63,552 nucleotides of DNA from a virus. Its lineage: Duplodnaviria > Caudoviricetes. The stretch is from the IMG/VR virus record IMGVR_UViG_3300037458_000177, positions 1 through 63,552 of that record; one strand, written 5' to 3'. The notes beneath the pieces were generated by a model. The model saw nothing but the letters and a program-made list of their open reading frames with translations, was not told where the DNA came from and ran no database searches. Each line of letters begins with the position of its first letter. Positions within the stretch are counted from its first letter, which is position 1. The translations under genes were made by a program, and so were the position numbers. Below are positions 18,996 through 27,262 of the stretch, piece after piece.

Positions 18996-19025
18996 AAAAA
19001 AGGGGCGCCAATTGGCGCCCCTTTT
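18996..19025. terminator. Intrinsic terminator, potentially bidirectional
   Basis: A6-GGGGCGCCA-AT-TGGCGCCCC-T4, 22 nt after the stop of 19047..19337. Confidence 0.85.
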
Positions 19026-19046
19026 CCTACCGATTATCGCGGTCGA

Positions 19047-19337
19047 TTAGTCTTTCGCAGTCTCCGCGATTTTCGTCACCTTGTAGCCGACTACCTTACC
19101 GTCTTTCAGGAAGCTCGCGGACTTGACCGTGAAACCCGGATTCTTAGCCTTGAAATCCTTTCGGAAGGCGTCCGCGCTACGCTTCCAGTCTTTCGGGCCG
19201 ACGCCACACTTGCCGCGCTCAGCGAGTGCCTTGTGAGCCTCCGCGAACCATTCTGGCGTACCTGCGGATTGCTTGCCTTTCTTCGCCTCAACTGCGGTCG
19301 ATTCCAGTTCGCTCAGGTCCATAAGAAGCGTTGCCAT
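19047..19337 (-). CDS. Isolated small basic protein (96 aa)
   Basis: TAGGGG RBS before ATG at 19337; own terminator; candidate promoter GTGACA-16-TAGTTT at 19470-19443. Confidence 0.75.
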   Translation of the reverse strand: MATLLMDLSELESTAVEAKKGKQSAGTPEWFAEAHKALAERGKCGVGPKDWKRSADAFRKDFKAKNPGFTVKSASFLKDGKVVGYKVTKIAETAKD

Positions 19338-19714
19338 GATGTTTCCCCTACTTTCGGTTACGGCAGGATTGCCGCACCGACACCAATGCACTAAGCGTGC
19401 CAAGCATCCGACCCACTACCTAGGCGCTTTTCCGACACTGGAAAACTACACTTTTGACGGTTTTTGTCACATGCTGACACTTTGCGTCATAAGCTGACAA
19501 TTCGCGGCATTTGACCGCCAGCAATGCCAGGGCGGGAAGCGGACAAGCATCCGCGATCATCCGAAACATTTAATATCTAGCAAGCGCCGCAATCACCTGG
19601 ACAAGTTAATATATCCTTTCTCATACTTTTATTCATATTTTCACGGGTTACTAGGACCTGGAATCTAGTTTTAACATAACTGTGGTGCAGCATTCAACCC
19701 TGTATTTGGAGCGC

Positions 19715-19894
19715 TGGCTAGCACAGCGCCCCCGAGCTTGTCAAGCCTCAAAAACTGGAAAATAACTCAAGTGCGAATAACTCATGCTTAAAAGCACTCT
19801 GTGTGGCTAGCACAGTTTCTGCGCGTTGTCAACACAAACAATTCAAATGCATGCCTGTATAGGTGCTGCTAGCACAAAGATCGTGCCGTGTCAA
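19715..19894 (-). promoter_or_regulatory. Three tandem sigma70-type promoters, TTGACA-N17/18-TAGC(C/A)(A/G), each with TGTGC immediately before the -10
   Basis: Copies at 19744-19715, 19832-19804 and 19894-19866; spacers 18, 17 and 17 nt. Confidence 0.7.
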
Positions 19895-20069
19895 ACGATT
19901 ATAAACGACTTAATAACCCGCTTAATTATTTACCGGAGCGTTTGTGACTGATTGTGCTTTCTGAACCGAATCTGAATGAAATGTAACCGACTGTGCCCAA
20001 CCCTTACAAATCAAGGACTTGCAAGGGGCGGTGAAACATTTACCATGATAGTTCAGCGCAATTTTTTTG

Positions 20070-20335
20070 AGTGACTTAATAAGAGGGTTAATATACCAGT
20101 TAATATCTATTTATAAATACATATTAAGGTACTTATTATTATTTCTTAATTTTACTATAAGTGTCTAGGGAGGGACGATGAAACCCGTTTTGAAAGAGAG
20201 GACTCATGACGCGCGCAAGATTTCGACCCCTCTCTTTCAACGGGTTTCAAGGTTTCAAACTGGCGTTTTGCTTGTACTGGCGCTTGTGCCGAGGTTTCAC
20301 GCCCCTACCCTTTTGGGTTTCACGGGTTTCACCGT
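20070..20335. other. Putative replication origin: AT-rich tract, 21-bp inverted repeat and GGTTTCA iterons
   Basis: AT-rich ~20075-20160; TGAAACCCG(TT)TTGAAAGAGAGG...CCTCTCTTTCAACGGGTTTCA at 20179-20249; five GGTTTCA copies in 20243-20331. Confidence 0.5.
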
Positions 20336-20813
20336 TCAGCCTTGTAACTTTTCCTACCAGTCTACTTGACTGGACACCCAATATAGAAACTTAATTCCAG
20401 TTCAAACTGGATACGGGCCGTATCCAGAATCCGTTTCCCGCACCCAATAAAAGCGCCCTCAATACGACAACAAGCAAGAAATTTCTTTCCTACATGATTC
20501 GCCGCGCGTTTCCAGATCGACGCCTGCGCGCGTTTCACGCTTCCCTATGCACTAGCAGCGACCCACCTGCCCGAATCGCCCTGAGCGCTTCCTAGGTGCC
20601 TTCCTGCCGATCCGCCCCTGCCAATCCGCGCCCCATTGCACGCCATGCGCGCCCCTCTTAACATTTCGTTCATCTTTCGGGCATTTCTCGGGCAGTCGTG
20701 TCCAGTGCACTAGACAAGCTAGCGATTTTGCTATCCTTGGCTTAGGCGGAATTGCGCCCATTTTTAATCCTACTTTTATTCTTACCTATACTTCTACTTT
20801 TACTTCTACTCTT

Positions 20814-21761
20814 ATGAATCCTACTATCCTCCAGCTCATACCGATTACAGAAAAGTCTGCAATCGCTATTCTAGCGGATGCTCGCTTAACTGGCGAAAAA
20901 GTCTACGCAGATGCTTCTGGCGATCCAGATTCGGAAGTCTGTATATCAAACGAAGCTGCGACATTAGTCTACAAGACTAAATCCCGCAAGCTACTCTGTC
21001 TGGAAACGACGTTCTATACGTCAGTTCCTGCCGACTTTACCAATACGTATCTTCGATCTGGTAAATGGAATGCAGAAGCTAAGATTCACCAGCGGCTTCT
21101 GGATACCCAACACGTTAGTGTTCGTGCAAATGCTCGCGATCTTCTGGCAGCATCTAAGTTCTCATTCCGCGCTCTTCCTCGTACTGGCTCAATCGGTGCG
21201 AATTACTTTTTACACGTCGGTCCTGATTCCGCAGAAGCTATCATCCAAGAATTAAAAGAATTAGCTTCTACTCATAGCCTAAAGCTGGCAGATATCAGCG
21301 ATACTCTGACGGACCCAGAAGATCAAGCCCAACTCTATAAGCTAATTCTGGCAGATCACGTGATCCTGATCCGCAAAGAACCCCGTGCATCTAACCGCCG
21401 TGCGGTTCCTGTACCGCTGCCGAAGTCTGCATCCTCTGCCACACTCCCAGATTCTAAAGACTTCCAAAGTCTGGACCCGAATCTGCCATCGCCACCTGAA
21501 AGCTCTTTCAAATCTGGCGAAGTTATGCCCATGTCATTCAAACAACAATTGACCACACTTCATGCGTGGTTGAATCCTCCGGCTAGTATCCTATACGATT
21601 ATTCTGGCCGCGTGCTTGAGTCTAGCCGTGAACAAGTGTCCATTGCTCTGCCCGCATCTGAAACCCGCTACAATGCCGCACTAGCTTATCTGCAAGCGTT
21701 GAATCTGATTCAAATCATTACTGCATCTGACGGTTCCCGTACAATTACTGGAGTAAACTAA
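20814..21761 (+). CDS. Hypothetical early protein
   Basis: 315-aa ORF, first of the plus-strand block; pyrimidine-rich leader with no SD. Confidence 0.7.
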   Translation: MNPTILQLIPITEKSAIAILADARLTGEKVYADASGDPDSEVCISNEAATLVYKTKSRKLLCLETTFYTSVPADFTNTYLRSGKWNAEAKIHQRLLDTQHVSVRANARDLLAASKFSFRALPRTGSIGANYFLHVGPDSAEAIIQELKELASTHSLKLADISDTLTDPEDQAQLYKLILADHVILIRKEPRASNRRAVPVPLPKSASSATLPDSKDFQSLDPNLPSPPESSFKSGEVMPMSFKQQLTTLHAWLNPPASILYDYSGRVLESSREQVSIALPASETRYNAALAYLQALNLIQIITASDGSRTITGVN

Positions 21762-21762
21762 G

Positions 21763-21876
21763 ATGAATGACTTTGCCTACTATTACAACGAATATATGCG
21801 CACTGAATGCCAGTATGTTCAAGAGTTCTTGCTTCTTGAAGCTATGGCAATTCTCGCTGACGAGTTCAACAAGTAG
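21763..21876 (+). CDS. Small hypothetical protein (37 aa, not in the ORF track)
   Basis: GGAG RBS; MNDFAYYYNEYMRTECQYVQEFLLLEAMAILADEFNK. Confidence 0.55.
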   Translation: MNDFAYYYNEYMRTECQYVQEFLLLEAMAILADEFNK

Positions 21877-21888
21877 ATAAGTAAGCTA

Positions 21889-21937
21889 GGTAATAGCCAC
21901 ATTACCCGTGGCTATTGCCGAGCGTACACTCGCGCTC
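21889..21937 (+). promoter_or_regulatory. Twin-hairpin intergenic RNA element A
   Basis: 12-bp stem followed by a 6-bp stem with ACACTC loop, just before an RBS. Confidence 0.6.
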
Positions 21938-21958
21938 GATACTACAAAGGACAAGACA

Positions 21959-23191
21959 ATGAAAGGTAAATTCTCCAAGCTCAATCACGATCTGGATAAG
22001 ATCGTTCAATCCGCACGCCGACTAAAAGCTGGGTACGAATTCACGTTCACATGGGCTGCTGGTGATCCTGATGAATTCTCATATCAAGAACGCGAGCCGT
22101 ATATGATTGCAAAAGAACAGTGCAAACAAGAAATGCGTGACACACTCAAGCTCTTTGCTCGTAACCAGAAGCGCTTGCCCCGCAAGTTCCGCGAAGAGAT
22201 TCTGAATTCGTACTGCTACTGCGTACATGAAGATCCGGGTGTTATCGAGATTTCAGCTCCACCAACCGCGAATGTGAGAATTAACCAGAAAGTACTGGCT
22301 ATTCTATTCCAGATCGCAACCAAGCACGGGTTCGTACCTTATCGTCTGACTGAATGCGGCGGTATGCATACCAACGTGGACCTGACTCGCATATCTAGGA
22401 AAAAGAAACAATACAAGAGCTTTGGTGATACCCGAGTCGGTGCGAAACTCTGTAAAGCAATCACGCGGGCATCTAGCCACTACACGCACACTCGCTGCCG
22501 ATATGAGCGCACCTATAACAATATCTACAATCAGATTCAGGAGCTTTACTACAGTCTCAAGTCGCATGCCGAGATCGTGGTGATTCGAGATAAACTGGAA
22601 AAGAAACTTGGCAGAGTCCAGACTAAGCTCCACCAATTCGCCAGCCGTGCTCGCCAGAAGCTATCTGATATCGAGTCTGACTATTACGCTGCTCTGGATG
22701 ACTACCAGTCAAAATTCAGAAGCAATAATATCCAGCGTCGGCACGCTATCGTCATCAACAAGATCATTAATATCTTCCCGTCTATTGCGTGGATATTTCA
22801 TGCTCCCAATGATGACGATTCTGGTCAGATTCGTACTCAGTTCAGCAACGATATCGAATATAAGCATGTCGCTGCACGCTACGATGACTATGGCTATACA
22901 GAATACCGATGCGTGGGTATGATCGGTGTTCCCCAACAACTCCCGCTTGTGGATACTTTCTTCCGGCGGCTATCCGCTCTCGCTCTCCAGAACATGCATC
23001 TGGTCGATGAGTTGTATCGAAACGAGCAAGAGGACTTTAACAAGTACACTGTAAAAACTGCTGTTCATGAGTTCTATCATGTGTGTCGTATCCTCGGGCT
23101 GAATCCTGAGGATTACCGTTGGTGGTACGAGAATCATCTGGTAGTGCGGTTCGGCTATGATGACGAGCCAGTTCATACTTTCCGTAAGTAA
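21959..23191 (+). CDS. Putative amidoligase (COOH-NH2 ligase-like) with a long helical insertion
   Basis: HEDPGVIEISAPP, ECGGMHTNVD and YTEYR echo the amidoligase_2 motifs (DxS..E..SP, CGxHVH, TxEFR). Confidence 0.5.
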   Translation: MKGKFSKLNHDLDKIVQSARRLKAGYEFTFTWAAGDPDEFSYQEREPYMIAKEQCKQEMRDTLKLFARNQKRLPRKFREEILNSYCYCVHEDPGVIEISAPPTANVRINQKVLAILFQIATKHGFVPYRLTECGGMHTNVDLTRISRKKKQYKSFGDTRVGAKLCKAITRASSHYTHTRCRYERTYNNIYNQIQELYYSLKSHAEIVVIRDKLEKKLGRVQTKLHQFASRARQKLSDIESDYYAALDDYQSKFRSNNIQRRHAIVINKIINIFPSIAWIFHAPNDDDSGQIRTQFSNDIEYKHVAARYDDYGYTEYRCVGMIGVPQQLPLVDTFFRRLSALALQNMHLVDELYRNEQEDFNKYTVKTAVHEFYHVCRILGLNPEDYRWWYENHLVVRFGYDDEPVHTFRK

Positions 23192-23208
23192 AAGGAGAAT
23201 GAAACAAC

Positions 23209-23481
23209 ATGGATACCCTAAACCTGAATCCATTGGAAGCCGCGCGCTTTCATGAATTGATCGCTGCTTATGGAGACTGGCGCAAATGCCGTGCTCTACT
23301 CAAGCAAGATTCTGCATTCTATACGCAGGCGATTCACTCTGCCGCACAGTCTCGCGCTGCCGATCTGCAAATGGAGCTTTCCAAAGAAACTCCAGACTTT
23401 CACTTGTGCGAGAAACTGATCGAGAAGCTGGAGCTTCTGACCGATCTTCTTAACTATCTGGATAAGGAACTGTACCAATGA
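23209..23481 (+). CDS. Hypothetical protein
   Basis: AGGAG upstream, 90 aa. Confidence 0.7.
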   Translation: MDTLNLNPLEAARFHELIAAYGDWRKCRALLKQDSAFYTQAIHSAAQSRAADLQMELSKETPDFHLCEKLIEKLELLTDLLNYLDKELYQ

Positions 23482-23837
23482 ACCGCGATCCCAACATTCC
23501 TCCGACTGCGTTCGAGATTCTTATGGCAGGTACTGCTCTGAAGCATGCCAAAAAGCATGCCAAAGACTCAAAGAATCTGCCGGACATTATCATTAACATT
23601 ACGGCAGAGTATGATCCGGCTGGTAACAGTCAGCTTGCTCTGTCCGTAGCGTTCACTGGCAAGCCAGACTTTACTTTTGCCGGTACTGTACTTCAGGAAG
23701 CGCTTGATCGCTATCTGGCAGAAAAAGGTATGGAGATTATCGGCGAGTTTGTGCAGCACTCCGAAAAGCGTAAGACTGCCGCGGATGCTATCGATGATCT
23801 CACCCAGAAGATGAAGGGCAAGGGTGATCTGCAATGA
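23478..23837 (+). CDS. Hypothetical protein
   Basis: ATGA coupling with neighbours. Confidence 0.7.
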   Translation: MNRDPNIPPTAFEILMAGTALKHAKKHAKDSKNLPDIIINITAEYDPAGNSQLALSVAFTGKPDFTFAGTVLQEALDRYLAEKGMEIIGEFVQHSEKRKTAADAIDDLTQKMKGKGDLQ

Positions 23838-24052
23838 TTCCCCCGATTGGAGCTAATCTAATAGGCTATGGTCTATTAGAAGATGGGAAGCCACGCGGTA
23901 TCTGGCCAATGCCGCTGGAGATTCTGCGACAGGCCAAAAAGCGCTATGTAAAGAACAGCTTAGATAGCAAAATTCAGATCGTGCCGATCTATATCGGCGA
24001 CCCAATTACGGAGGCTACAAATGAACGACATACTTTCGCAGGAAAGAAATAG
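23834..24052 (+). CDS. Hypothetical protein
   Basis: ATGA coupling. Confidence 0.6.
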   Translation: MIPPIGANLIGYGLLEDGKPRGIWPMPLEILRQAKKRYVKNSLDSKIQIVPIYIGDPITEATNERHTFAGKK

Positions 24053-24356
24053 CACTATCGACCATTCTGTGTCTGGCGAACTGACTGAGGCAGAACAGGC
24101 CGCAGTTCTTACCCATCTGCCGAATGCATTCCGGTTCGACGGTAAGATGGGAGCAATTTCTACTTCCAGCATGGTTACTCCAGAAGGACTCTTAATCACT
24201 CTTGCGCCGGGGGATTATGAGCCTGAGAATATGCCAGCAAATACTCTGGCTATTCTGTTCGGTGCACCGTTCCATGCGCGTGCATTTCTTGACGCGCTGA
24301 ATACCGTAGTCAATGATTCTATCCGCAACAATGAGGAAATCGATGATGGCAACTGA
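24021..24356 (+). CDS. Hypothetical protein
   Basis: GGAGG RBS, 111 aa. Confidence 0.7.
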   Translation: MNDILSQERNSTIDHSVSGELTEAEQAAVLTHLPNAFRFDGKMGAISTSSMVTPEGLLITLAPGDYEPENMPANTLAILFGAPFHARAFLDALNTVVNDSIRNNEEIDDGN

Positions 24357-24570
24357 TAACGATAAGCGCAGGCGCAACGGCAAGACCGCCAAAGATCGCC
24401 GTAATGGCTACGAGTCCCGGCGGAATGCCAACCGCGATGCTCGTAATGCCTACTGCAACAATCAGAAGGCAGAAAACCGCGAGTTCCCGTTTCATGCCTG
24501 TAATGGTAAGCGTAATCGCTACCGAGTTACTGGACCCAACGGGCAGACTGTATTCGTAAAGCGGGTGTAA
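24343..24570 (+). CDS. Small Arg/Asn-rich protein (possible RNA-binding ARM protein)
   Basis: GAGG RBS; DKRRRNGKTAKDRRNGYESRRNANRDAR. Confidence 0.65.
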   Translation: MMATDNDKRRRNGKTAKDRRNGYESRRNANRDARNAYCNNQKAENREFPFHACNGKRNRYRVTGPNGQTVFVKRV

Positions 24571-24575
24571 CAGGA

Positions 24576-24624
24576 TATGCAGCGAGAGATAATCTCTCGC
24601 TGCATACCCGGTCACTCTCGACCG
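24576..24624 (+). promoter_or_regulatory. Twin-hairpin intergenic RNA element B
   Basis: Perfect 14-bp stem followed by a 5-bp stem with ACTCTC loop, just before a GGAG RBS. Confidence 0.65.
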
Positions 24625-24640
24625 ACATGGAGTTACTATC

Positions 24641-24787
24641 ATGGATATTACTTTAGAGCTTAGTGTTGGTGAGTTCCACGCTCGCCTGCAAGTGTTTCGG
24701 GACGGTGTTCTTATCAAGGATATAAATCTTGCTGATATTGATTTCGTCCACGAAAAGCTCTTTGAGATTCTGGAGACGCTTGCATGA
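24641..24787 (+). CDS. Small hypothetical protein (48 aa, not in the ORF track)
   Basis: GGAG RBS; MDITLELSVGEFHARLQVFRDG...; ATGA overlap with the next gene. Confidence 0.65.
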   Translation: MDITLELSVGEFHARLQVFRDGVLIKDINLADIDFVHEKLFEILETLA

Positions 24788-25149
24788 ATATCTTCTCTAA
24801 CATACAACGCGGCGAAGCATTCCTGTGCAATGGGATGCTCTATGTTCGTGCCAAGAATGAAACAGCGTTCGACATGCAACTTCTGGTACTGCGTATCTTT
24901 GATCGCGATGATATTGTCGAGCCTGTATCCAGCGAGATTCGCTGGCATCGTACCAAAGAGCGGCATGATAGGGTTAAGTTTGAGTCTATCAGTGCTGGTG
25001 AAACTTTCGTGTGGCGCAAGCAACTGTATGTACGCGCTGCTAGTCCGCGTACTGCGTTCGCTACTGCTGAAGCATTGATCGAAATATTCGATCCCGGTGA
25101 ACTGGTGGAGCCTACCAATGCTGTTCTGTCTTGGAGCATAACATCATGA
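24784..25149 (+). CDS. Hypothetical protein made of two internal repeats
   Basis: Two ~55-aa copies of FxxIxxGExFxxxxxLYVRA...IFDxxxxVEP...W. Confidence 0.7.
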   Translation: MNIFSNIQRGEAFLCNGMLYVRAKNETAFDMQLLVLRIFDRDDIVEPVSSEIRWHRTKERHDRVKFESISAGETFVWRKQLYVRAASPRTAFATAEALIEIFDPGELVEPTNAVLSWSITS

Positions 25150-25367
25150 AAATGAAATACCTGATTGGTATCTGCATCCTTGCTGCTGCTTGCGGCGCTG
25201 CCATACCGGAGCCACTAATCGAGCGTGCTAGATTGATCTGTGAGCCGTATGGCGGACTCGATCAAGTGTGGAATTACAGAGTGCGCACGGAAATCTCTTT
25301 CCGTTGTGCTAATGGAGATCAGCACGTACTTCTCCCGATCAATCTGGAGAATCCTAATGGCAACTGA
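25146..25367 (+). CDS. Small exported/lipoprotein-like protein
   Basis: MKMKYLIGICILAAACG signal-like N-terminus, two further Cys. Confidence 0.55.
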   Translation: MKMKYLIGICILAAACGAAIPEPLIERARLICEPYGGLDQVWNYRVRTEISFRCANGDQHVLLPINLENPNGN

Positions 25368-25587
25368 TCTCTATGTGATTGCCGTCCAAGTCGAAGAACA
25401 GTCCCCACGTAAAACTCATTCGAGTCTGCCGCCGGGATGCACTGGCTTTATCTTCCAGCTTAATGCAGCTTCTTCCAAAGAAGCTATCGATACCGCGCTA
25501 CTCTTTACCCGCTCTTGGTGCGTGGGCAAGAATCTTAATTCTCCTGAACTGACTGCCGTGGACCTGACGCCATGCGAGAACAACTGA
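25357..25587 (+). CDS. Hypothetical protein
   Basis: GGAGA RBS before ATG at 25357. Confidence 0.6.
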   Translation: MATDLYVIAVQVEEQSPRKTHSSLPPGCTGFIFQLNAASSKEAIDTALLFTRSWCVGKNLNSPELTAVDLTPCENN

Positions 25588-25598
25588 GGAATCCCAGA

Positions 25599-25769
25599 AT
25601 GTTGATTGGATACGATGTCTATTCCGAGGACGGTACTCTTATTCATCAAGGTCGATTTCGGTACGATATCGATCAGGAACGCCGAGTGTTTGCTCAGCGT
25701 ACCCGAGATGCTCTGGAAGCATACCAGACTATCGTTACTCGTCGAGTAACTGAAGAGGGTGTTATCTGA
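25599..25769 (+). CDS. Hypothetical protein
   Basis: GAGGA RBS before ATG at 25599. Confidence 0.6.
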   Translation: MLIGYDVYSEDGTLIHQGRFRYDIDQERRVFAQRTRDALEAYQTIVTRRVTEEGVI

Positions 25770-25775
25770 CGCAAG

Positions 25776-25824
25776 CTAATAAGTCCCAGAATACCGGGGC
25801 TTATTGGCGTGCGAAGTGCGCACG
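25776..25824 (+). promoter_or_regulatory. Twin-hairpin intergenic RNA element C
   Basis: AATAAGTCCC/GGGGCTTATT stem followed by CGTGCG-AAGTG-CGCACG. Confidence 0.55.
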
Positions 25825-25862
25825 GTGCGGCAATAACTTAATACCTAACTGGAGCTTATATC

Positions 25863-26846
25863 ATGAGCCTTACTACTACCCAACTGCATACCGCTCTTCA
25901 AGACTGCTATGATGCACGCATTCCCCTGATAATTATCGGCGGTCCCGGCATTGGCAAATCCCAGATCGTCGGAGAGTTTACTAAGTCCATTGGCCAAGAG
26001 TTTCACCCGTTCAATGCTGCTGCTCTTGATCCGTCTAGCTTTGGCATTACTATCCCGCGTGCTGATAATACTGCATGTGATCTGGTACCGACTGCGCAGT
26101 TTGTCGATCAAGCACCGGGTTCGGTACAGTTTCTGGATGAACTGGACAAGATGGATACTCTTATCCAGAATACTATTCTGCCGTTGATCCAAGAGAATCG
26201 CCTGCATGGCGTAAAGCTCTCTGATCGGTGGAACGTAATGGCTGCCAATTACATGGCGAATACCAAAGGCTCTTTCGAGATTAGTGGCGTATTGCGCAAT
26301 CGCTGTGTACGGGTTGAATACGCTGGGCCAACTATCGGTGAATGGTTGAACTATGCCAGCCGCCGTAATCTACACTATAAGATTCAGGCATTCCTGAGTC
26401 TGCCGCAATACAATTCCCTGCTCAATGCATACGATCCCAAGGCGGATGCTTCGCCGACTCCGCGCCAGTGGGAGAATTGCAGTCGCGTTGTGAACTCTTC
26501 GATTCGGTCTATTCTTATGTGCGGTATGATTGGCGCTAAGGCTACTGCCGAGTTTGAAGTGTTCGATAAGCTGACTAGCAAGCTGCCATCTTATCAGGCT
26601 CTTGTTGCATCCAATGGTACTTATACTGTGCCGGATGACTTCACTCTGCAATCCATTCTGGCTACCATGATCGGTGCCGAGATTTCTGGCGCAGATGCCG
26701 AAGCATTAAAGCCGATTCTGGATCAACTCCCGGTCGAGTTCGTGATCGTTGTTCTGCGCCGTGCGATGGAGCGTAAAGCTCGCGGTATCGAGCACTTCAT
26801 TATGAAGCATAACTATGTGCAGATGATGCACGCTGCGGTGAACTAA
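25863..26846 (+). CDS. MoxR-like AAA+ ATPase
   Basis: Walker A GGPGIGKS, Walker B FLDELDK, MAAN, LRNR, SPTPRQW. Confidence 0.9.
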   Translation: MSLTTTQLHTALQDCYDARIPLIIIGGPGIGKSQIVGEFTKSIGQEFHPFNAAALDPSSFGITIPRADNTACDLVPTAQFVDQAPGSVQFLDELDKMDTLIQNTILPLIQENRLHGVKLSDRWNVMAANYMANTKGSFEISGVLRNRCVRVEYAGPTIGEWLNYASRRNLHYKIQAFLSLPQYNSLLNAYDPKADASPTPRQWENCSRVVNSSIRSILMCGMIGAKATAEFEVFDKLTSKLPSYQALVASNGTYTVPDDFTLQSILATMIGAEISGADAEALKPILDQLPVEFVIVVLRRAMERKARGIEHFIMKHNYVQMMHAAVN

Positions 26847-27262
26847 TGAAAATAATCTGGACACCGGGAAAAGTTCACGAGCCTATGGGTACGTGGCCCT
26901 TTGATGGCTATACATATGCTACGACTAGCAATCCATACTTACCGGATTTCATTATCGTAGCCATAAAGACTGTCGTACCTGAAAAGGTATCTCCGTGGCA
27001 GATGCATCGCGAAGAAACTCGTGGATATATGAGTGCGATCATACGCAAGGAAGTACCCGACGGCGAACTGCATGTGGCTCGTGCTCTAGGATTTACTACT
27101 GTACGTAATATGATTGTCGAAGATGAGTGGCAATCTATAGGAGTTATAAATCGTGAAAACCTCGATACTGTCGAAAGCGCTATGGAAGCTGCAAAACTTC
27201 GGAGCGAAAGGGAATCAGTCGGGCCTGCTCGACTTCGCGACGATCATCTGCTGCGAGATTAA
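26846..27262 (+). CDS. Hypothetical protein
   Basis: TAATG coupling to the AAA+ gene. Confidence 0.55.
   Translation: MKIIWTPGKVHEPMGTWPFDGYTYATTSNPYLPDFIIVAIKTVVPEKVSPWQMHREETRGYMSAIIRKEVPDGELHVARALGFTTVRNMIVEDEWQSIGVINRENLDTVESAMEAAKLRSERESVGPARLRDDHLLRD

Noticed and set aside
19711-19894. CRISPR-like mini-array
   Set aside because: The conserved parts are two short boxes at promoter spacing, unit lengths are irregular, and there is no cas operon; the Cas4-like gene is an ordinary phage replication-module nuclease.
20178-20761. Short ORFs in the control region (20178..20369, 20206..20394, 20552..20761)
   Set aside because: They overlap the inverted-repeat/iteron block or have low-complexity translations; no support as genes.
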